In this document: positions 56,281 through 64,000 of the stretch, in pieces
How the letters are laid out: the number at the start of each line of letters is the position of its first letter
Numbering within the stretch: position 1 is the first letter of the stretch
Assembly: GCA_951406725.2 (NCBI GenBank)
Contig: OX597831.1
Coordinates: 66,030,001-66,094,000, forward strand
Source of the DNA: Octopus vulgaris
Taxonomy: Eukaryota
Direction: 5' to 3'
Length of the DNA stretch: 64,000 nt
The notes under the pieces: model-generated
The model's input: only the letters and a program-made list of their open reading frames with translations
Told to the model about the DNA's origin: nothing
The model's database searches: none
Made by a program: the position numbers and the translations under genes

Positions 56281-56650
56281 TCTTTTATCTTCTATCCTTT
56301 GCCTATCTCAATCATTGAATTGCAGCCATGCTGGGGCATCACACTTGAAGGATTTAGACAAACAGATAAATCCTGGTGTTTATTCTTTAGTCTCATACTT
56401 ATTCTATCCATCCCTTTTGCCAAACCACTAAGTTACAGGAACCAGTGGTCAAGCGGTGATGCGTACAAACACATACTCAAAGACACACACACACAAAGTT
56501 AATGTTGATAGGTCCCCATGTATGGAGAACAACTTAAATGCTTGTGTATGCGTGTGTGTGTGCGCGCGTGCGTGTGTATATGTGTGTGTGTGTGTTTATA
56601 TATATGTAAGTTTATAGAGAGCATTTGCCATATTTCATTCCATATTGACT

Positions 56651-56734
56651 TCCTCTGATGAGCATAGGGTTACATAATCGGATTGTTACCTAACACTCCA
56701 TTGAACCCCCAAGAGCAAAACCAATTGGTAAGAT
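56651..56734 (+). ncRNA. Degenerate hammerhead (G12>A) in a TA-flanked element
   Basis: ct CTGATGA gc..gc AAAA ccaattgg TA ag; palindrome ACCAATTGGT. Confidence 0.55.
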
Positions 56735-56988
56735 CGTCCATAATGGATATATGATACTATATGATATTTCGGATACTATACCCACTCTACTGACAGATAT
56801 ATGAGTGCATTTTTCCTTGACGTGTGGACTCTTACACGATTTACACATATATATGTCTGTGTTTGTGCATATACATATATATATATATATATATAAACAT
56901 AATAAATAACAATTGGGCAATAAGAAATTATTATTACCAGTGGCCTAGCACAAAATCGAATTAGTCATTAAGACTATATAATTCACAT

Positions 56989-57222
56989 AGAAATACAATA
57001 AGAGGCTTCCAAATAGGAAAGCTTTGTGCTAGAAGGAGCAGTAGAAAACTCAAACCACCAAATTGGGATAAATTCTCGAAAGAAATAAAAATTAAAAACG
57101 AGATGGTAAACGTTTTTAATTTTCATTCCTTTCGAAAATTTATCCCTATTCGGTGGTTTGAGTTTTCTACTGCTCTTTCTAGCACAAGGCTTTCCCATTT
57201 CAAAGCCTCTTATTGTATTTCT
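56989..57222. repeat. 112-bp-arm inverted repeat with a 10-nt loop in a TA-embedded element
   Basis: Arms at 56989-57100 and 57111-57222. Confidence 0.9.
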
Positions 57223-57238
57223 CTCTCTCTCTCTCTCG

Positions 57239-57289
<51 letters not shown>

Positions 57290-57293
<4 letters not shown>

Positions 57294-58190
57294 CATTAAT
57301 GTTAAAAGTCTGGTCATAGACTGACCAATGGTTTTGCATCCATGAAAGCCACAGCCTTGTGGACAGCTCATCAGACTATACAAAGACAAGTTTGACTTTT
57401 CACCTCTCGGACATGGAAAAATGTTACGGTCAACTGGTCAAACAGCCATCAGGGAAAGAAAGTTCCAGCATTGCTGAGGACAGGTTATCTCCCCTAGACC
57501 AGCCATTATTGGGAAATAGGGACCTATCTCATAGTGACTCTTAAGAGCTTAATCAGCGAACGGAGAATCATAATTTTGCAGCAGGCAGCACTTGAAATGG
57601 ATGCATTGTGTGTATATTTCTTGATGGTTATTCAGAAAACCAGGCCTAGTATATTTATTAAGTATTCTGGTTTGCTCAGCAATGCAGATCTTGCAGTGCC
57701 CACTCCTATTAGTATAGGGGCCCAGTTGTTCTAAGATCTTCTACCTGATATCACATGCTTGTTCCTTCTTGAGCCATGTCTGGCTCATAAGGGCCGGTTT
57801 CCCGGTTTCCTTGGCGTATTGGTTCCCCACCTGGACAGGACGCCGGTCCATCACAGGTGAGCTGCAAGATGCAGGAGGAAAGAGTGAGAGGAAGTTGTGG
57901 CAAAAGAGTTTAGGTGTTTCGCTCATAAACACACACATCGCCCAGTCTGAGATTCAAACGTGCGATCCCTCGACCGCGAGTCCTCTGCTCTAACGACTAG
58001 GTCATGTGCCTCCACAATATCATATGGGGTCTCTTGATCTTTGAGGTGTTACACATGGCTGGCCAGGGACGTGATGAAACATCTTTCTGGGACGTTGAAA
58101 GATAACCGGTGGTAGTAGAAGTGTCACTTAAAGGCTGTGCTAGCCGATCCAATGTATTTACAGTTTTGGTAAAAGGGAAAAAGCTCAACC
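57290..58190 (-). pseudogene. Decayed Naiad-type Penelope GIY-YIG 3' end + pLTR, split by a family B SINE at 57758-58015
   Basis: KYIGSASTAFK*HFYYHRLSF..TSLASHV*HLK..PYDI|R*KILEQLGPY..CKICIAEQ..LNNHQEIYTQCIHF; ends at (TA)n 57248-57288. Confidence 0.82.
57316..57379 (-). ncRNA. Degenerate hammerhead (G12>A) in the pLTR of the adjacent Penelope relic
   Basis: Minus strand: atagt CTGATGA gc tgtcca..tggat gc AAAA ccattgg TC agtctat. Confidence 0.6.
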
Positions 58191-58194
58191 ACAA

Positions 58195-58761
58195 CCGAGA
58201 AGGGAACTTCATGGCGAAAAGGTTCTTCTCTCTATCAGGTGGGATTGCAAAGGAGTAATTCACTTTGAATTGTTACCACTTAATGCAACAATCAATGCTC
58301 AAGTCTACTGTCAGCAATTAGAATGTTTGTACCAAGCCTTTAAGGAAAAAAGACCCGCTTTAGTGAAACAAAGAATTATGTTTCATAAGGACAATGCACG
58401 ACACCACACTGCAAAGATCACATGACAGAAGATCGAAGAGCTTGGTTGGGAAAAAATTCCTCATCCACCTTATTCTTCTGACCTTGCTCCTTCAGACTAC
58501 CATTTGTTTCATAGTTTACAGAATCATTTGGGGGACATAATTTTCACAAGTCAGGAGGAGATCGAATCTGACATTTCAGAGTTCTTCTCTTTGAAACTAA
58601 AAGAGTTTTACATTGATGGGATTAAAAAGCCTGTAAATAGATGGAAGGAAGTCATAGATAATCAGGGAAAGCACATTGATGATTAAATTTCAATGATATA
58701 TAACATTTGATCATTTGTTTTCTTTATTCAAAATTTGGACAGAACTTATGGGATGACCTGA
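58195..58761 (+). mobile_element. 3' half of a second mariner family, decayed
   Basis: WDCKGVIHFELL..VYCQQL..KDNARHH..LGWEKIPHPPYSSDLAPSDYHLF; right end ACTTATGGGATGACCTGA|TA. Confidence 0.88.
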
Positions 58762-58982
58762 TATATATAAGACTTTAATTCTATTTTATAGAAAACATAC
58801 ATTTGTGTTGATGACTATAATGCACTCCTGTGTATTGTCCTTTGAACCTAAAACTACTCACATAAACTGGCTTTCTTACTTCTAATGGATCACCACATCT
58901 AGTTTTAATCCTAAATTTCTCATTTTTTATTTCTGTATTATCAGCCACATTAGTCAATTTATTTTCATTTTTCATTTTTTTC

Positions 58983-59372
58983 ATTGTTGTATTTAGGAAT
59001 GGTCATTTTGCCAGTTTAGCCAATAAAAAAACACGCACCATATATTTGGTGTTACTTATGCGCAAATGAAGACACATACAATAGAAATACAAAATACAAA
59101 ATGGCTGACTGTTAGTAAGGAGAGACACACAAAGAAGAAAGAAGAAAGCAAAGGACCACTGATGCGGTCACAGGAGTGTGACGAAAGAACTCTGGCCGAA
59201 AATAAGATTAAGATTAATGTAAAAAATAAATAACACTGAAGCAAAGTAACGCCAAATATATAGTACGTGTGTTTTTATTGGCTAAACTGGCAAAATAACC
59301 ATTCCTAAATACAACAATATCTGTTTCAACACACAATTTCACATCAAAAATCTTGCAAAACAAATATATAAA
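58983..59372 (+). mobile_element. Fold-back element with 75-bp arms enclosing a hammerhead-like motif
   Basis: Arms at 58983-59057 and 59244-59318; ggacca CTGATGCG gtcaca ggag tgtgac GAAA g aa c TC tggcc at 59153-59197. Confidence 0.6.
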
Positions 59373-59541
59373 CGTAATCTTTTTCATTGCTTAACTTATT
59401 CTCCTCTGAGCCTCTGTTATCCTTAATCAACCCAGCCTTATCTCTATTACTTAAAATGTATCTTTTATTTTATAATTCATATTATTTATTTGCGATATCT
59501 TACTCTCTTCAAGAAAGAGTAGAAAACATTGAATAATGTGG

Positions 59542-59759
59542 GGTGTAACTTCAGTATAAGTACCGGAAGTACTGGATACATTTCAAGAAAGTGTTTTTTT
59601 AATATATTTGGGGGGTTAGAGTTAGGGTTAGGGTTAGAGTTAGGGTTAGGGCTTGTGTTAGGGTTAGGGTTAGGGGTGGAAGAAAAGGGTTTCTGTTATC
59701 TTCAGAAATGTAAACAAAGCCACTTCCAGTACTTCTGGTACTTATACCGAAGGATCACC
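59542..59759. mobile_element. Second Merlin-like MITE family with a TTAGGG array
   Basis: TIR GGTG..CTTC.GTATAAGTACC.GAAGTACTGGA; 8-bp TSD TAATGTGG (59534-59541, 59760-59767). Confidence 0.8.
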
Positions 59760-60317
59760 TAATGTGGTCCTAGAGACTCTTAAACAAAGAAGATGGGCAA
59801 TGTTGAACTATCTCTTTCATACATACGTTCAATCAGGGTTAACCTGGAGCTAAACAACAACAAAATATCAGAATTGTCCAACTAATGTGGAAGCCTTTGA
59901 CTGGTTAGAAATAGCAGCTAAATTTTCCTCAAATCACAAACTACCACCTTAACATGAAAGGACAGGCTGGACGTTGATGCTGAAATGATGGCATAGTCCC
60001 ATGTGAAATGCCTTTGATCATGTCTCTTCCATCAGAGTCAAGTTGGTGTTAACAGCAATAACAACAAAATCAGAATGGCCATGATTTACTAAAAAGAAAA
60101 GTAAAATCACAGCTCTGAATGATTTTGTGGTACACTCTACTACTTACATTACAAAACAGATCAAACATTTTCATATTATCACACAAAAGGCATTGCTGAA
60201 TTGTGCTTTTATGTTTCATGTTATACCTATATATTTATTATCAGGACTTAGTCATATTAAAGATATAAAACATATGTCTCTGTTTATAACTTAGAAATAA
60301 CAACATATGTTGGTAAA

Positions 60318-60865
60318 TCATCATCATCATCATCATCATTGTTTAACGTCCGCTTTCCATGCTAGCATGGGTTGGACAATTTGACTGAGGACTGGCAAAC
60401 CAGATGGCTGCACCAGGCTCCAATCTTGATCTAGCAGAATTTCTACAGCTGGATGCACTTCCTAACGCCAAACACTCTGAGACTGTAGTGGGTGCTTTTA
60501 CATGCCACCGGCACGGGGGCCAGTCAGGCGTTACTGGCAACAACCTGGCTCGAATGTTTTTATATGTGCCACCTGCACAAGTGCCAGTAAGGCGACACTG
60601 GTAACGATCACTCTCGAATGGTGCCTTTTACATGCCATCGGCACGGAAGCCAGTTAGCCACTCTGGCAACGATCATGCTTGGATGGTGCTCTTATCACCC
60701 TACTAGCATGGGGCACAAGTGCCAGTAAGGCGACGCTGGTAATGATCACATTCAAATGGTGCCTTTTATGTGCCACTGGCACAGAAGTCGGTTAGCCACT
60801 CTGTCAACGATCACACTCGTATGGTGCTCTTTGCACCCCACTAGCACGGATGCTAGTCATCAGAT
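60318..60865 (-). mobile_element. RTE 3' UTR/end with tandem GGCAC-TAAAA-GCACC units
   Basis: Reverse complement of the 23867-24270 type. Confidence 0.85.
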
Positions 60866-61698
60866 TTGATTTGTATAATATTACAAATGTAGTTCTTCAT
60901 ATCATTTTCTACTGCTGCGTCAATGTTTAGCTGATAATTCATTGATTCTCTGGGGAAAAAAAAAAAGGCTAAGGTAATATTTTTTTTAAAAATCAATGAT
61001 CAGCCTTGTGCATGTTTATATCATGTTGATCATGATTGAACAAATCCTTCAGAAGCAAATGACAGTGAAAAGATTTATTTGCTTTCACTTAACATGGAAA
61101 CTTCATGTTGTATTTTTGGCTTTGTTTTTATTTATGCTAATGAAACTGAAACAGTAATACTAATGTTTGGCACCTAAGGATTTTTTGTAAAAACTAATCT
61201 AATTTATGAAATGAAGTCTGTTAAGTACATTTTGTGTGGTTGCATCAGTGCTGACATTTCTTTAACCAGGCAAGAGTTTATCATTTTAATGAAGTCTTAA
61301 AAGTCTTATATTTTTCTGGTGGTAAAATAGAATATTTTATTCTAGAATATTTTGTGTGCTAATGAGTATCTGATGAACTGGGCTTGTAGTATAGGAATTA
61401 ATGAATTCCATCTGACTTTCATGACCTCTGAAGATTCAATATAGATATTTAGATATTTGTATAATAGTCAAGAATAAATGACTAGAGTTCAAGGAGACTA
61501 ATGATTGTTTGTGCTGTGATGAATACTGGAAAAATATATAAAGCTAAGTAGAGAATATTGGTTGGTCATAACAAGAAAGCAAGTTTAATAATCTTGACAG
61601 TCATTTGATGAAAGACTATCAAAATATTAAATGGTATTTTGTGCTCAAGACATGATTCTTTATGCATGCACCATTATACTCAATTTTAAACTAATTAC

Positions 61699-62067
61699 TT
61701 ACTTACTACTTGTGGCGACATTCACCCTGGGCGGGTTGAGTCGGCTTCTTCTACCACCCTCGAGGCATCTCGAACCATGGCAGAAGAAGTTTCGTGGGAA
61801 TATGTGGATTTCACAAGCAGTCCCCAACAATTCCGCATGTGGAGACATCCTGTTTGCCGTAGATTGTCCGCAGATGCAGGGACAGAATGACCGAGGAGCC
61901 ACTGGTTGACGAAACAGACACTCCAAGGATTTTCACCAGGGCCTCCGTCTGCCGGGTTGTGGCCCTAATACCACTCGGTGTCAGACACCAATCCGCCTTG
62001 GGTGGTCCTACCAGGAACCGAAGTTCCTGACGGCATAGCTCTGACACTACCCGTGGCCAGCGTCCCC
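61699..62067 (-). mobile_element. Short bipartite non-autonomous RTE derivative (RTE-like 5' UTR + RTE 3' end)
   Basis: 9-bp TSD ACTAATTAC (61690-61698, 62068-62076); 3' end GAAGCCGACTCAACCCGCCCAGGGTGAATG matches 1314-1343; (TAAG)n tail; no tRNA head. Confidence 0.75.
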
Positions 62068-62346
62068 ACTAATTACCTTGCTTAATTTCTCAGTTACTGT
62101 ATATATAAATGTAAATGTAAAATTTAGACATGCAAGCCTCTTAGTAGTTATCTATAAACATTTTCTTTTGGATAATTAATGCATAGTATTATATAGGTGT
62201 TGTATTTCTTGTTCTAGATAACAATATTGTAATCTTGAAATGTAAGAATACACAAATGGTATATTTTAACATTGATCTTCTACCAGTTTCTGAGGGCTGT
62301 AGTCACGAAATAGATCAACATCATCAGTTTCATTGTTAATTATATA

Positions 62347-62755
62347 GGATCTTTTCGGTTTGAACAGAAGTGTCATATGAAATTGTCACCCATAATTATG
62401 ACCCTAGTATCGATCTATTGCATTTCAATCTATTTTAGGGTTAGGGTTAGGGTTAGAGGTGGGGGAAGGATATCTTTTTTTCTTCAGAAATGTAAATAAA
62501 CCCAATCTGTTTCTTAAACGAGGAACATTTTCATACGGCACAGAATGTTTTCACCTCAATAGATGTCATTGATTGGTTGAAATTGCAGAAATTGAAGAAA
62601 AACAACAACAAATATCTTACAAACTATAGAATTTTCTCAATAAAGCCAAGAGAAAAAGATGTTTTATAAACAGATTCTACCAGTATACGAAGTTTAAAAG
62701 CGTTTAGTTACGTGGAAATTATTTTTAAAAACTGCCGTTCAAACGGAAAACATCC
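62347..62755 (+). mobile_element. Merlin-like MITE (same family as 3230)
   Basis: TIRs present; 8-bp TSD ATTATATA (62339-62346, 62756-62763). Confidence 0.85.
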
Positions 62756-64000
62756 ATTATATATATCAACATATATCCACATGTGTGTCTAAATTGATTT
62801 TGAAATATCACCTGACCCTTCTATTATCTACCTTCACTTTTTTTCTCTATCTATAATCAGTTTATAGCACCCTTTCGCTTCCCACATGTGGTTTTTTCGT
62901 AGTTTTTCTCACATATACCTTTCTTTCAATTTTTATTTCAACACCTGTATTTTTAATTGCTGTTTTTTCTCTTTAGATGTCTGGACATATACTTGCCCTG
63001 TCTGCAGACATCCTTTCCTCTCTCACTTTTCTTTCTCTGTCTTTTCTTCTGCTTTTCTGTCCCATTTTTCTTTTCTTTTCTCTTCGTGAGAAGATTAGGG
63101 TTGCTTTACTAATCTTATACTTAAAGCAATCCAAAATACCAACAGATTTCTATATTTTAATAATCAGTCTTATAATTCACTTACAATCAATATATCATTT
63201 ATAATTTGTTCTTTTGTTGTTGCAGCCCATCTGCTTTCCTTGCCTACATTTCCCTTTCATACTTGTCAAATATTCATCATATAATCTCTTCACACACACA
63301 CAAAATACCCATACATATTCCAGCCATAGCACTGCTTAAGGTACTGCTGAGCATTACTACGACTACCATTTCCATTGTCTGGTCCTCTAACTCAAATTCT
63401 TTGTGACCATTCAGCCATACCCTTGAAACAGTTATTGATAGTTATCAGGAACAACACACAACTGCTTAATGCGATTTCTTACATGAGAGTCTTACTGTTA
63501 TTTCTTTATCAGAATGTCTAAACACTCCCCTTAAATTGCTTTTCTTTACTGACTCCTATTAGATCAATTTCACCAGAAAATTTCTCTGTTGGCCTGGTAA
63601 CATGTATTTGATACATTATTGACAGTTGGCACACTTAACCCGAATTCTATATTTGTTGAATAACCTCCTTTATTAATATTTTCTAAGCAATTTTTCTTTC
63701 TTTAATTAAATACAGTTACATTGTTATATAGATGTACTTTCCTCTTATGACATGTTGTTCAGCATAACACCGTCACTCTGCCTTACAACCCATTGTCATC
63801 ATTTTCCTTTACGACTGAACTTGAATACACAACTGGAAAGAAGAAAAGGCACTGATAAATTATTGTTTGGTCAAATTGACCAAACAAACCTATCATCAAA
63901 TGCATTCCAGCCATGACCATTCCATCTTTTTATGAATATATAGGATGGCATTTTTTTTCCTGTGATAATGTAGTGAGATTGAAGAGAGATATTGCTGCTA

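Noticed and set aside
59612-59675. Telomere or fusion scar from the TTAGGG run
   Set aside because: Short, degenerate and internal to a TIR/TSD-bounded MITE.

Overview
AT-rich, repeat-dense animal genomic DNA, most likely an octopus; this is inferred from the tRNA-SINE families, RTE/Penelope content and TTAGGG motifs and has not been checked by search. The only host coding sequence I can support is one 177-bp exon (25806-25982, +) encoding the UCR1 region of a long-form PDE4/dunce cAMP phosphodiesterase (FDVENG...[13 protein letters not shown]...SRNSSIASE). The rest of the window therefore appears to be intron. The introns hold four tRNA-SINE families, RTE, CR1 and R4-like LINE relics, four decayed Naiad-type Penelope (GIY-YIG) elements, a full-length decayed mariner, Merlin-like TTAGGG-bearing MITEs, piggyBac-like MITEs and a 2.7-kb tandem duplication. 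Main observations: (1) about ten type-I hammerhead ribozyme motifs in (TA)n-embedded, often fold-back elements and in Penelope 3' ends, one of them core-intact on the PDE4 sense strand; (2) a PHD finger inserted inside the reverse transcriptase of an RTE family; (3) a tandem array of compact H-type pseudoknot units in that RTE's 3' UTR; (4) a bipartite non-autonomous RTE element with a cUUCGg-structured 5' end. All folds and translations were done by eye. No database search or folding program was run.
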